In this document: positions 47,124 to 57,826 of the stretch, in pieces | Position numbering within the stretch: position 1 is the first letter of the stretch | Layout of the letters: each line of letters starts with the position of its first letter | Virus record (IMG/VR): IMGVR_UViG_3300045988_023748 | DNA from: a virus | Reading direction: 5' to 3' (one strand) | DNA: 64,000 nt | Notes under the pieces: generated by a model | The model's database searches: none | What the model was told of the DNA's origin: nothing | What the model saw: the letters and a program-made list of their open reading frames with translations, nothing else | Position numbers and translations under genes: made by a program

Positions 47124-48140
47124 TAATTAACTATGCTAACGGGGAAGCCTGAAGCTTGAGTCGTGAGACTAGATGTATGGTAATCCCGTGGGAAATTAAT
47201 TATGATGTATGAGTTGCACATCTCCATTTAAATTAGTAAATTTGTAGAAATTATTAATATAATGATCATCTATAAAATTACTAACAGTATTAACGGCAAG
47301 GTGTATATAGGTTTAACTACAGTTACACTAGAAGCAAGATGGAGAGGTCACATAAGAGACAGTAGAGTGTGTGATAGACACTTATATAGGTCTATGCGTA
47401 AATACGGTCTTGAGAACTTTACTATAGAAGAGATAGATAATACTGACGACTTTAAGAAGCTTGGGGAATTAGAGAGGTACTATATAAAGACCTTTGATTC
47501 CAGGAATCCTGATAAAGGATATAATATTACTGGGGGAGGTGAATCTAACCAGTTAGACGGAAACCCTAGAGCTAAACTTAAAGTGGAAGATGTAATTCAA
47601 ATTCGAGAGATTTACTCTTATGGAGACTTGAGATGTAAGGAATGTTGGGAGATGTTTAAGGATAGAATCTCCTACTCAGCATTTCAGAAGATTTGGGAAG
47701 GAATTACTTGGCAATCTGTTATGCCGGAAGTTTATACTGAATCTAATAAAGTACATCATAGTTCTCAAAAGAGTAATCCAGGAAGTTTGAATGGTAATGC
47801 AATATACTCTGACGAAGAAGTCTTAGAGATACGTAAGTATTATACTAATCATACCTTAACAGAAACATATGAGAAGTATGGTAGCAGAAGTAAATCTAAA
47901 GATAGCTTTAGAGGTTTAATTGCTAATTCATATAAACATCTTCCAATCTACAGTAAAGTTAAATCTGCCTGGCTACTTAATGGTCAGGAGATAAACATTG
48001 ATAATTATAATCCTGTATCGACTATCCTCGGATCGGAGGAGTAAGGCAGCTATTGGTACGCTGCTTGAAATGGATATTGCGGAAGTACTTCCGTTAAGAT
48101 ATAGTCAGTGCTAATGGAAACATTAGATAAACACGGGTAG
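47124..48140 (+). mobile_element. group I intron 2 in nrdD with GIY-YIG endonuclease (different intron family; boundaries approximate)
   Basis: GAGACTAGATG (P7 5'-like) at 47170 and TTAAGATATAGTCAG (P7 3'-like) at 48083. A TAAATTTG box precedes the ORF. Confidence 0.5.
47262..48044 (+). CDS. GIY-YIG homing endonuclease
   Basis: IIYKITNSINGKVYIGLTTVTLEARWRGH. Confidence 0.7.
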   Translation: MIIYKITNSINGKVYIGLTTVTLEARWRGHIRDSRVCDRHLYRSMRKYGLENFTIEEIDNTDDFKKLGELERYYIKTFDSRNPDKGYNITGGGESNQLDGNPRAKLKVEDVIQIREIYSYGDLRCKECWEMFKDRISYSAFQKIWEGITWQSVMPEVYTESNKVHHSSQKSNPGSLNGNAIYSDEEVLEIRKYYTNHTLTETYEKYGSRSKSKDSFRGLIANSYKHLPIYSKVKSAWLLNGQEINIDNYNPVSTILGSEE

Positions 48141-48150
48141 CGCCCTCCAC

Positions 48151-48423
48151 ATGAATCTAGATGAACATCTTAGTAAGGAACAGTATCGTAACTTGTTGAA
48201 AGTGGCAGCTGTCAATGGTACTAACTATTTCACATTTAATATTCCAAATACTATTTGTAATGATTGTGGACATATTGATAAAAGATATCTCAAAGAATGT
48301 CCTAAGTGTGGTAGTAAGAACATTGATTATGCTACTAGAGTTATCGGTTATTTAAAACGTGTTAGCAACTTCAGTCAAGCAAGACAAGAAGAAGCTAGCA
48401 GAAGATTCTACGCACATGCTTAA
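48151..48423 (+). CDS. nrdD: NrdD exon 3 (Zn-ribbon and glycyl-radical motif)
   Basis: CNDCGH...CPKCG four-Cys ribbon, followed by TRVIGYLKRV (RVxGY glycyl-radical signature). The true exon start is a few codons upstream of the ATG. Confidence 0.6.
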   Translation: MNLDEHLSKEQYRNLLKVAAVNGTNYFTFNIPNTICNDCGHIDKRYLKECPKCGSKNIDYATRVIGYLKRVSNFSQARQEEASRRFYAHA

Positions 48424-48991
48424 ATATGTAGGATATGATATAGTATTCAGGGAAATTCCTGATGAAACCACTCTTGCCATTAATATATCCAATTGTCCCT
48501 GCCATTGTCCAGGCTGTCATAGCTCTTACTTGGCAGAGGATATTGGAGAACCTCTAACAATTACTAGGATAGAGAAACTCATTAATGAGAATAAAGGTAT
48601 TACTGCTATCTGTTTTATGGGTGGCGATAATGACCCTAAACTCATTAATCACTATGCTGGTTTAGTAAGGGCATTAACTACTACTAAGATAGTAGATTCC
48701 TTTACTATTCATAAAGAGGTAAAGTTTCCTAAGATAACAATTCCGGCTGAAACTGAGATGCAATGGCAGGAGACAGTACCACTTAACATAAAGATTGGGT
48801 GGTATAGTGGTAGAGCTACATTAGCAGAGGAAATTGATCTGAAGAACTTTAATTACGTTAAGCTCGGCCCTTACATTGAAGAATGTGGACCACTTAATAA
48901 TCCAAACACTAACCAAAGGCTTTATAAGGTTATAGTTGAGGATGGAGAGTACAAGTTAACAAACATAACTTATAAATTTTGGGATAAATAG
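48416..48991 (+). CDS. nrdG: anaerobic RNR activating protein NrdG
   Basis: Cys cluster NCPCHCPGCHS near the N-terminus. Start overlaps the nrdD stop (ATGCTTAA). Confidence 0.7.
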   Translation: MLKYVGYDIVFREIPDETTLAINISNCPCHCPGCHSSYLAEDIGEPLTITRIEKLINENKGITAICFMGGDNDPKLINHYAGLVRALTTTKIVDSFTIHKEVKFPKITIPAETEMQWQETVPLNIKIGWYSGRATLAEEIDLKNFNYVKLGPYIEECGPLNNPNTNQRLYKVIVEDGEYKLTNITYKFWDK

Positions 48992-48993
48992 TT

Positions 48994-50358
48994 ATGAATA
49001 AGATAGCTTGGTCAGATGAGCAGTTGTATGCTATTGATAAGATGATTAAGTTCTTAGATAGTCCGGAAAGAATATTAGTTCTTACTGGATATGCTGGAGT
49101 AGGTAAAACAGCAGTTATGAATGAATTCGTACAGTATTTAGATAGTACCAAAGGAACAGAATTCTTTAAGTTGTGTGCTCCTACTCACAAAGCTAAAGCA
49201 GTCCTAGAGATGGCTACAGGCTATACAGCTACTACATTACATAAACTATTAGCATTATCTCCCAAGCTAGATATATTTAACTTAGACTACAAGGATTTGA
49301 AGTTCTATTCTGAAGGTATGGGTAACATTCCTAACAAGGGATTAATTATCATAGATGAAGCCTCTATGGTTAGTGATGAACTTTACGATCTACTTGTAGA
49401 CTATTGTGAATTTTATCAGTGTAAGATTCTGTTTATAGGGGACATTGCCCAAATAGCTCCCGTGAATAATGGAGGTCTTAGTAAGGTGTTCGAACATGAG
49501 AATGTAATACGTCTTACTAAGATATTCAGACAAGATGAAGACACTGCCCTAGCACCCATATTATTAACATTAAGAGAGAATCCTATAGCTAGATTTGAAA
49601 CACGAATCGGAGAGAAGGGTTCTCTCTTTTGCTATAATAATGCTAAAGAGTTTATGCTAGATGCCTTACCAGAAATTAAGTATGGTATGACACATAATAA
49701 TGTAAACCATACTAAACTTATAGCATATACTAATAAGCGCGTAAAAGGTTTTAATGATTGTGTCAGAAGATTATTATTTACAGACAATGAGCCATATCAT
49801 AAATCAGAGTTTCTAACTGGGTGTGAGAACTTTGAATACGATGGCGACATGTTCTTTAATTCTTCTGACTATATTATTATTAACATACGCAGAACCTCTA
49901 GAAACATTCCTCATTTTATGAGACTTTCGGGGTTCGAGCTGGGCCTATATGATAGCGTTGATAAGAGATTAATGAACGTATTCATAATAGACCCAGATAA
50001 TATAAATCCTGACTATTTACATACACTTGCTCAGAAGATAGAATCTGTAAGGCTTGATGCAATACAAGCTAAAAAGTGGAGTAATAGGACTAAATCTAAG
50101 TATTTATGGGGTATATATTTCGATATGGTAAAATCGTTTGCTACTCCAGTTCCTCTGTTATTTGATAATAGAGTTATTAAGCCACAGACGTTCGACTATG
50201 GTTATGCCATAACTGCACACAGAAGTCAAGGGAGTTCCTATAACAATGTGTTCGTAGACATGGGTAATCTAAAGTTGGATAGAGATATTAATGAACTTAG
50301 ACAGCTTCAATATGTATCTTTATCAAGAACCAAAACTAATGCTTATATATTAAGTTAA
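48994..50358 (+). CDS. Dda-like SF1B DNA helicase
   Basis: LTGYAGVGKT, IIIDEASMV, ITAHRSQGSSY. Confidence 0.75.
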   Translation: MNKIAWSDEQLYAIDKMIKFLDSPERILVLTGYAGVGKTAVMNEFVQYLDSTKGTEFFKLCAPTHKAKAVLEMATGYTATTLHKLLALSPKLDIFNLDYKDLKFYSEGMGNIPNKGLIIIDEASMVSDELYDLLVDYCEFYQCKILFIGDIAQIAPVNNGGLSKVFEHENVIRLTKIFRQDEDTALAPILLTLRENPIARFETRIGEKGSLFCYNNAKEFMLDALPEIKYGMTHNNVNHTKLIAYTNKRVKGFNDCVRRLLFTDNEPYHKSEFLTGCENFEYDGDMFFNSSDYIIINIRRTSRNIPHFMRLSGFELGLYDSVDKRLMNVFIIDPDNINPDYLHTLAQKIESVRLDAIQAKKWSNRTKSKYLWGIYFDMVKSFATPVPLLFDNRVIKPQTFDYGYAITAHRSQGSSYNNVFVDMGNLKLDRDINELRQLQYVSLSRTKTNAYILS

Positions 50359-50363
50359 TTACT

Positions 50364-50780
50364 ATGCACTACACAGATTTTATTAAATTAGCAAGATTAA
50401 AGGGATTTGAAAATCCAGGGCAGTTATATATGACTGCTTATCATTTAGGACTCAATACTGCCACTGAAGCAGAGTTAGAACCATTTCTAAATACATGTTC
50501 CGAAGAAGAGAGTATATGGAATGGCATCTATGAATACAGAATTAACGGTAAAGTTATTCTTATTCTAGATGATGGCGATGCTAATAGGGTAGTTAACAAC
50601 TATAGAGACTCACTTAAACAAACAATGGAGGGTCAGTCTAATCAACCATCTGTAGTGACATGTAAAGAGATGGCTGATGCTTACTATGACAGTATATTTG
50701 ATGTGTTTGATACTGTTCAGGAAGTAGAACTAGAAATAGATGGAATTATATTTCCTAAATATTATATAGTTGAATGCTAA
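50364..50780 (+). CDS. hypothetical protein
   Basis: ORF track. Confidence 0.4.
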   Translation: MHYTDFIKLARLKGFENPGQLYMTAYHLGLNTATEAELEPFLNTCSEEESIWNGIYEYRINGKVILILDDGDANRVVNNYRDSLKQTMEGQSNQPSVVTCKEMADAYYDSIFDVFDTVQEVELEIDGIIFPKYYIVEC

Positions 50781-51295
50781 CGTTTAAATATGTTTATGAT
50801 AGCCAGTCTTCCACTAAGTTGAGAGATCAATTAACAGAAATGGCTGGGTATTGCTTCAATTTAGAAACCTTCGATATAAACCATTACAAGGAGCGTAAGA
50901 AGGCATTTAAGATTAAAGGGAGTTGTAGTGCCAGAGAGAATCCATTCCTAGCAGTCTATGATAATGATTTATTAGTAAAGGCATTTTATACCGAAGCTGA
51001 TGAATGTAAATTTGAAGTTATTATCAAATGGTTCAAAGAGTACTCTTTAGAACATGCTAAAAAAGGATATATGACTATCACTAAGATTGAGGGAATTAAT
51101 AATGCTAGACAAAAGGTAGGGTTTACAGAATCAGGTACAACTCCTGCCTTTACAGAAGGTCTACCATTAGTCCTTGATAACACTGATAGGTGGTATACTA
51201 CTTCCAATATAATGTCTATAGATTGGAATAAAAAGATATTTAAAACTAAGAATTCAATTTATTCGTTTACACTCAATGAAAGTACAAGTAATTAA
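50774..51295 (+). CDS. hypothetical protein
   Basis: ORF track. Confidence 0.4.
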   Translation: MLTFKYVYDSQSSTKLRDQLTEMAGYCFNLETFDINHYKERKKAFKIKGSCSARENPFLAVYDNDLLVKAFYTEADECKFEVIIKWFKEYSLEHAKKGYMTITKIEGINNARQKVGFTESGTTPAFTEGLPLVLDNTDRWYTTSNIMSIDWNKKIFKTKNSIYSFTLNESTSN

Positions 51296-51806
51296 TTTAT
51301 CCAACAACAAACTTCCTCGGTATGAAACTCCCATGTCAGCAGGCATGGATGTGCGTGCAGACTTTAGTAGAGTGACAGTTGATAATCCTATTAAAGCCTT
51401 TGGTGACTGCGAGGTCGTATTTGCATCACCTAAAATGGACGGTAATAAAGTAACTATGCTAAGATTGGATCCAGGAGCTAGAGCACTTATTCCGACTGGA
51501 CTGAGAATTGCTCTTCCAGAGCCTACAGATGGATTTGTGGCAGAATGTCAAGTAAGACCTAGGAGTGGACTAGCTCTGAAAAAAGGAATTACTGTACTTA
51601 ACACGCCTGGCACTGTAGATGCAGATTTTAGAGATGAAATACATGTCATTCTTATCAATAATGGGCATGAAGCAGTATGGATTGAAGACAAGGAACGCAT
51701 TGCACAGTTAGTCTTCGGCTGGGCTGCTAAGGTTGAATGGGAAGAGGTAGCCAGATTAAATGAAACAGATCGTAAAGGTGGATTTGGACACACTGGAACT
51801 AATTAA
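51276..51806 (+). CDS. dut: dUTPase (trimeric dUTPase/dCTP-deaminase fold)
   Basis: [26 protein letters not shown] motifs. Confidence 0.7.
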   Translation: MKVQVINLSNNKLPRYETPMSAGMDVRADFSRVTVDNPIKAFGDCEVVFASPKMDGNKVTMLRLDPGARALIPTGLRIALPEPTDGFVAECQVRPRSGLALKKGITVLNTPGTVDADFRDEIHVILINNGHEAVWIEDKERIAQLVFGWAAKVEWEEVARLNETDRKGGFGHTGTN

Positions 51807-52058
51807 TTATTGTTTAAATTTATATGTTAAACTCAGAAGAAGTAATAACTAGAAGTAAGCAGATTACGGAATTAGGCGTAGAAATCCAAAAAGCCTATGC
51901 GATGCAATTTGAATATCGTGCAAAGGCGGAGGAAGCAGAGGAGATAGCTAAGAAGTTAACTACAGAGCGTGCTGAATTAGTAAACTCGCTCATCAAAGAT
52001 TGTAATGAATCTGTAACTATTGACGATCTTGATTAATTGCATAAGAGTGTAAATTAAT

Positions 52059-53261
52059 ATGGACATATTAGTAACTAAAGACAACAAGGGTAAAACTAGA
52101 GTAGTTGAGATTAGTTACGAATGGGATGATGCTCAACATGGGTTTGTTATTAGAAGAAAGACATATCAATATGGTGGTAAAGTAACTGTACAGCCAGAGA
52201 TATGGATTTATAAAGGTAAGGTTAAAAGAACCGTATCTGAACAGGCTCGATTAGAGTATAACTCTCATTTAAAGAAATACACAGATAAAGGGTATAAACT
52301 GCTACCATCTTCAATTAAAATTAATAATGCTGTAGCAGTTGAGGCATTTGTTGAGGAACACTTAGGTAATGGTGTTACTGATTCAAATGGATTTAAGAAG
52401 CATATGTTAGCTAAACAAGCTGACAAAGTTGCTACTAGTGTGTTTGATAAAATCAAATATTGGTACGGTAGCAGAAAGATAGATGGAGTTAGATGCTCCT
52501 TCTATTGGAAGGATGGGGAAGTAAGAACTGCCTCTAGAGGAGGTGGTGATTACGATGCTTCAACTTCCTTCATGCGTCATAATCCAAAACTTATTCAATT
52601 CTTTGAAGAACATCCTGATATTGTATTAGATGGTGAACTATATAAACATGGTAAATCTCTACAGCAAATTAGCGGTGCAGCAAGATTGGAGAAAGATACA
52701 GCTGGAATGGATTGGCTTGAATATTATATTTACGATGTAATGGATAGTACCAAAACATTTGAGGAACGACTAGATATTCTTCATGACATTACTGATGAAT
52801 TGAATTTAGGTTTCAATCCAGAAAGAGAATGGGATGATGGAGAATTGAAGTTCCAAATAGTTCCTCAAGAAACAGTTGTTGGTTGGGCTAATATACAGAA
52901 ACTACATGACAAGTATGTAGGTGAAGGCTTTGAGGGAATAGTTATTCGTGATCCTTCTAAGGTATATAACTTTGGAGGAAGAACTAATGCTATGATTAAA
53001 GTCAAAATGTATAAGGACGCAGAATTTGAAATTGTTGGTTATAGTGAAGGATTACGTCCCGAAGACATGGTATTTGTATGTAAAACTAAAGAGGGTAAAG
53101 AGTTTGAAGCCAAACCTATGGGTCCTCGTGAGTTAAAATGGGAATATCTTGACAGAATGGATGAAATTATTGGTAAGATGGCTACTGTGAAGTACTTCTA
53201 TCTTAGCGATGAAGGTTGTCCTCTACAGCCAGTTCTAAAATGTATTAGGGATTATGAATAA
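52059..53261 (+). CDS. ATP-dependent DNA ligase
   Basis: KIDGVRC (KxDG motif I), followed by OB-domain-like region. Confidence 0.7.
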   Translation: MDILVTKDNKGKTRVVEISYEWDDAQHGFVIRRKTYQYGGKVTVQPEIWIYKGKVKRTVSEQARLEYNSHLKKYTDKGYKLLPSSIKINNAVAVEAFVEEHLGNGVTDSNGFKKHMLAKQADKVATSVFDKIKYWYGSRKIDGVRCSFYWKDGEVRTASRGGGDYDASTSFMRHNPKLIQFFEEHPDIVLDGELYKHGKSLQQISGAARLEKDTAGMDWLEYYIYDVMDSTKTFEERLDILHDITDELNLGFNPEREWDDGELKFQIVPQETVVGWANIQKLHDKYVGEGFEGIVIRDPSKVYNFGGRTNAMIKVKMYKDAEFEIVGYSEGLRPEDMVFVCKTKEGKEFEAKPMGPRELKWEYLDRMDEIIGKMATVKYFYLSDEGCPLQPVLKCIRDYE

Positions 53262-53562
53262 ATATGACATCCCTAGTAAGGTTAGAATAGCCAATCATTG
53301 GTATAAAGTCACTTTGTGCGATTTTATAGATGATGGTGATACCTTTGGTTCTCATTGTAATCTAACATTAGAAATAAAGGTAGCAGAATGCATGAAGACT
53401 GATGATGGAAAGGTAATTAATCTGACTGAAGAACAGATTAAGAATTCTTTCTGGCATGAAGTGTTTCATGCATTCAATTATTACTATAACAACAAACAAG
53501 ATGAATCGTTGGCACAAGTATTTGCTAACTTTATGCGTGAATTTGAACTTACACGAGAATGA
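53254..53562 (+). CDS. hypothetical protein
   Basis: ORF track. Confidence 0.4.
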   Translation: MNKYDIPSKVRIANHWYKVTLCDFIDDGDTFGSHCNLTLEIKVAECMKTDDGKVINLTEEQIKNSFWHEVFHAFNYYYNNKQDESLAQVFANFMREFELTRE

Positions 53563-53813
53563 ATTATATAGTAGCATATAGAAGGGAAGGTAAGCCCAAA
53601 ATCCAGTTCTTTAAATACAGGGACGATATAGCTTATGATGAAGATACTTTAATCAGAGATGTAGATGATGTCATTAGAGTTATGAGAACTCATTATCGCC
53701 CAGATAATGATGTGTTCTCAATTCGAGAAACATTACTAACTATCAATGATATGAGTGATAAAAAGATACTGGACATACTGGCTACTTTATTTGTAACGTT
53801 AGATGATAAATAA
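53559..53813 (+). CDS. hypothetical protein
   Basis: ORF track. Confidence 0.4.
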   Translation: MNYIVAYRREGKPKIQFFKYRDDIAYDEDTLIRDVDDVIRVMRTHYRPDNDVFSIRETLLTINDMSDKKILDILATLFVTLDDK

Positions 53814-53993
53814 AACATCTGTATTATTAAGCTCTAATATAGCTGATTTAATGGTGTCCCTTGCTGGCAACTCCCTTACTGATGCTGAAAAGGATGATTT
53901 GTACCAATCTATATTTGATTATTATCTTGCTTTATTAAAACACTATGATTCGGCTACAATTCAAACTATGAGCGATAACTTCGATAAAATAGT

Positions 53994-54296
53994 ATGGTAA
54001 AGACTACATTCCTACATGCAATTCACTCTCTTACTAATATTGTAGAGCAAATGAGAAAGCTTTACAATATGGGCATTGATATAATGGAAAGTCCACTAGT
54101 AACCAATGCTGAGGATTTAGCAATGTTACTTCTGTCTGAGTATTATAACGAAGAAGGTATGGACTGGATTCAATGGTGGGTGTATGAGAAATCAGAAAAT
54201 CCACATATAGTTGCTACAGACGAGCAAGGTAATGAGATTCTAAAGAACATAGATGAACTCTATGATTATTTAGAAGCTAATTGTAAAACCAAATAA
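53994..54296 (+). CDS. hypothetical protein
   Basis: ORF track. Confidence 0.4.
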   Translation: MVKTTFLHAIHSLTNIVEQMRKLYNMGIDIMESPLVTNAEDLAMLLLSEYYNEEGMDWIQWWVYEKSENPHIVATDEQGNEILKNIDELYDYLEANCKTK

Positions 54297-54544
54297 ATTT
54301 TTAAGATTATGGAGAAACAAGTATTTGACTTTGGAGAAGCATTATCTATGATGCATATAGGCGAGACAGTTACTAATCCTTCTGGTAGAAGGTATACTAT
54401 GCTTAAGGGCAGTATAGTATGTTATCCAAAGCCTAACTCTAATCAGTATTACAAGGTAACTAAGTGGTTCCCTGATGCTGTAGAGCGTACTGATTGGACA
54501 CTTGTATAGATTATCTATTTACAGACGGAAATTATCCGTAATAC

Positions 54545-55933
54545 ATGCGTATAAATCAATCTTCTAAGTTTAATGTTAATTATGCAGCTAAGATAATTCA
54601 AGTAAAAGATTTCACACCACACCCTAATCCTAAATGTGAAAGGATGAAATGTGTTCATGTAGATGGTTATATGATATCCGTATCTAAGGATACTCAACCA
54701 GGGCAATATATATATTTCCCTGTAGGATGTCAGATTGCTAATAAATATTTGGCAGCTAATAATCTATTTAGACACAATGAATTCAATGCTAACAAGGAAG
54801 CTTCTCCAGGTTTCTTTGAGGATAATGGTAGGGTAAAGCCTATTAAGTTGCAGGGAGTTCCTTCAGAGGGATTTATAATGCCTATAGATTCGTTATATAA
54901 ATGGCTGGATTTTATAGGAGAATCTCATGAAGTAGTTACCAATTTGAAAGAAGGAACAGAATTTGATAGTTTGGATAAACATATACTTTGTAAGAAGTAT
55001 GTAGTGAATCCTCCTAAAACTTCTGGAAATTCTTCTAGGCAAGCTAAGCAGCCTAAAGGCATTAGTAAATTAGTAGAGAATCAGTTTAGATTTCACTATG
55101 ATACTGTTCTCATTAAGAAATGTCCTTGGGTTATTAAACCTAATGATATTATTAGTATTACTTCCAAAGTACATGGAACATCAGGTATTTCTGCCGATGT
55201 ACTATGTAAAAGACCATTAAGATGGAAAGACAAGGTGGCTAGCTGGTTCACAGATGTTCCAGACACTAAGTATGACTACTTATGGTCTTCTAGAAAGGTA
55301 GTTAAAAATCAGTATTACAATAAAGAAGCAAGTGCAGGATATTATGGTTGTGATATTTGGGGTGAAGCTCATTCTAAATTGTCTCCGTATCTTACTAAAG
55401 GACTTACTCTTTATTATGAAATCATAGGATGGCTGCCTACAGGTCAGGCTATTCAAGCAATGAATGGTAAAGCTTATGACTATGGTTATGAGAGACCTAT
55501 ATGGGATCCTACTACTCAGACTACACCGTATGAATATGGTAAGAATTTCGGTATCCAAATTTACCGTATTACTTATACAAATCCAGATGGTGTGGTATTT
55601 GAATTCTCTGCTAGACAAGTACAACAGTGGTGTAAAGATAAAGGACTTACTCCGGTAGAACAGTTATATTACGGATATGCTAAGGATTTATATCCAGAGC
55701 TTGATGAGACTGAGCATTGGAATGAGAATTTTATCCAAAAGCTAGCTAATGATAAAAGGTTCTACATGGAAGAACTTTCACCTACATGTCACAATGATGT
55801 ACCACATGAAGGTATAGTGATTCGCATTGAGAATGGTTTATCTGAAGCTTACAAACTTAAATGCTTTAGATTCTTAGGAGAGGAGTCTAAGTCATTAGAT
55901 AAAGGAGAAATTGATATAGAAGCAGACCAGTAA
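54545..55933 (+). CDS. RNA ligase-like nucleotidyltransferase (Rnl2-type motif I)
   Basis: ITSKVHGTSG resembles KxHG motif I of Rnl2 ligases. It is the second ligase-superfamily gene, besides the DNA ligase. Confidence 0.5.
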   Translation: MRINQSSKFNVNYAAKIIQVKDFTPHPNPKCERMKCVHVDGYMISVSKDTQPGQYIYFPVGCQIANKYLAANNLFRHNEFNANKEASPGFFEDNGRVKPIKLQGVPSEGFIMPIDSLYKWLDFIGESHEVVTNLKEGTEFDSLDKHILCKKYVVNPPKTSGNSSRQAKQPKGISKLVENQFRFHYDTVLIKKCPWVIKPNDIISITSKVHGTSGISADVLCKRPLRWKDKVASWFTDVPDTKYDYLWSSRKVVKNQYYNKEASAGYYGCDIWGEAHSKLSPYLTKGLTLYYEIIGWLPTGQAIQAMNGKAYDYGYERPIWDPTTQTTPYEYGKNFGIQIYRITYTNPDGVVFEFSARQVQQWCKDKGLTPVEQLYYGYAKDLYPELDETEHWNENFIQKLANDKRFYMEELSPTCHNDVPHEGIVIRIENGLSEAYKLKCFRFLGEESKSLDKGEIDIEADQ

Positions 55934-56230
55934 TGAATAGGTATTTAATTGAGTGCATAAACGACTGCAAGAATGAATTTGTGGTCGCTTATGCACCTTC
56001 TATGTATGATGATAACATGTCTAAAGCTGCTGATGATTATGCTTACGAATTAGCCGTCAGCATAGTTGACGATGAATTTATAGTAACAGCAGAAGGATAT
56101 GATTACGAGTATATGACAGACGAAGATGTCCTTAAAGTACTAAATAGCATAGATTGGGATGAATATTATAACTATAATATCACTCCATTTGAAGGTACTG
56201 ATGAGGAGTTTAACAAATATCCACTTATAT

Positions 56231-56617
56231 ATGACGGAAGAAGTATCTAGTAAGCTAAGTTTATTAACCCGTAAGCTAGCAGAAGTAGGACAGCTTAAAG
56301 GCGAAATAGCTGATAAACTGTTTGAGGAAGCTGATGCAGGAATTATTACTAAAGAACAGGCGTTAGAAATTCTAGACACATATAACTTATTGCCTACTGA
56401 TGGCTATGTAAGTCTTCCTCCCTATCTGGATAGCTATGAATACTTTGAACGATATTCTAAGGTTAATTATATGGACTATACTGTCCCTGAGAACTTTGAG
56501 GAAGGCCAAAATCTATGCTGCCCACTCTTTACAGGCATAACATATGAGGAAGCCATTGATCAATTGTATGGATTCGTTAAGAAGAACAGAATAATAGGAT
56601 GCGTCTATGACTGGTAA
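56231..56617 (+). CDS. hypothetical protein
   Basis: ATG 56231 within track ORF 56159..56617. Confidence 0.4.
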   Translation: MTEEVSSKLSLLTRKLAEVGQLKGEIADKLFEEADAGIITKEQALEILDTYNLLPTDGYVSLPPYLDSYEYFERYSKVNYMDYTVPENFEEGQNLCCPLFTGITYEEAIDQLYGFVKKNRIIGCVYDW

Positions 56618-56669
56618 GAAGGGTTAATACAGTCATTTGATAAAATGGAAGAATAATATTTTTATTAAA

Positions 56670-57431
56670 ATGGAAGATTTTAAATTCTACGAAGTTGGTG
56701 GTAAGATACGCGATGAGCTATTAGGTCTTACTAATAAGGATGTTGATTATGTAGCTGTGCCTACAGAGGCAGTCTATAGTAAAATTCACCCATGTGAAGC
56801 TCAGCTTAGTCCAGCTCAACTAATGTTTAAAGCATTAAAAAGCTACTTGGAAGAACAGAAGTTCGAAATCTTCTTAGTAACTCCAGAATGTTACACTATA
56901 CGTGCTAAATTCCCAGAAGGATATAAGTATCAAGGTGTAGCAGACTTTGTGATGGCAAGAAAGGAAGTAGGGTACGTTCCAGGTACTAGGATTCCTATTG
57001 TAGAGCCAGGAAATCTGTATGATGATTTATCACGCAGAGATTTCACTATTAATGCTTTGGCTAAAGACCCTGATACTGGAGAAATAATTGATTACTTTGG
57101 TGGTTTGGAAGACATTAAGGAGAAACTTCTTAGGACTCCATTACCTCCTATTGTAACTTTCGATGATGACCCTTTAAGGATTCTCAGAGGTATAAGGTTC
57201 TCTATTACCAAGAGACTACGGGTATCTGAAGATATGTGGCAGGCTATGAAGGCTTATGACTATTTCGACAAAATGCCAGTAGTATCTGAGGAGAGAATAA
57301 GGGAAGAGCTGACAAAGTGCTTTAAGTGTAACTCATCTTTAACTCTAGGGTGGTTATCTGAACTTACTGATTTAAGAGATTACATTTTTAAGAACACTAA
57401 TTTATGGCTTAAGCCAACTAACGAGAAATGA
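56670..57431 (+). CDS. tRNA nucleotidyltransferase (CCA-adding enzyme head domain)
   Basis: YEVGGKIRDELLGLTNKDVDYVAV (GGxVRD, DxD) and RRDFTINALA motifs. Confidence 0.65.
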   Translation: MEDFKFYEVGGKIRDELLGLTNKDVDYVAVPTEAVYSKIHPCEAQLSPAQLMFKALKSYLEEQKFEIFLVTPECYTIRAKFPEGYKYQGVADFVMARKEVGYVPGTRIPIVEPGNLYDDLSRRDFTINALAKDPDTGEIIDYFGGLEDIKEKLLRTPLPPIVTFDDDPLRILRGIRFSITKRLRVSEDMWQAMKAYDYFDKMPVVSEERIREELTKCFKCNSSLTLGWLSELTDLRDYIFKNTNLWLKPTNEK

Positions 57432-57826
57432 GTAGTTATTTATCATTTTATTTAGTGCCTAAAGCACATCCAGAGGAGAGGTTACTACTTCAATCATTCA
57501 GTAGGTCTAATGAGGTGTATCAAAGATTCTTTGATAATCTTAGTATAGCATATGCTGGTAATGAAGAGAAGTATACTAAACTCACTGTTAGTGATGTTGG
57601 ATCAGTAATTCGAGACCTTGATGATGACATTGCTAAAGCAGAAGCGAGGCGAGTAGAGTACGAGAAATTCTGTCATGGCAATTCGGAACTTATAGAGGAG
57701 ATGATATCCACTAAGGAATATATACGGGATTTACAAAGTACTAGAGATTACATATCGTTTATACGAGACATTTTAGCTGACTTAGATTATAGCGGATTTA
57801 GTGATGTTTTATGTAATATTGATTAA
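57428..57826 (+). CDS. hypothetical protein
   Basis: ORF track. Lies between the CCA enzyme and Pnk genes. Confidence 0.4.
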   Translation: MSSYLSFYLVPKAHPEERLLLQSFSRSNEVYQRFFDNLSIAYAGNEEKYTKLTVSDVGSVIRDLDDDIAKAEARRVEYEKFCHGNSELIEEMISTKEYIRDLQSTRDYISFIRDILADLDYSGFSDVLCNID

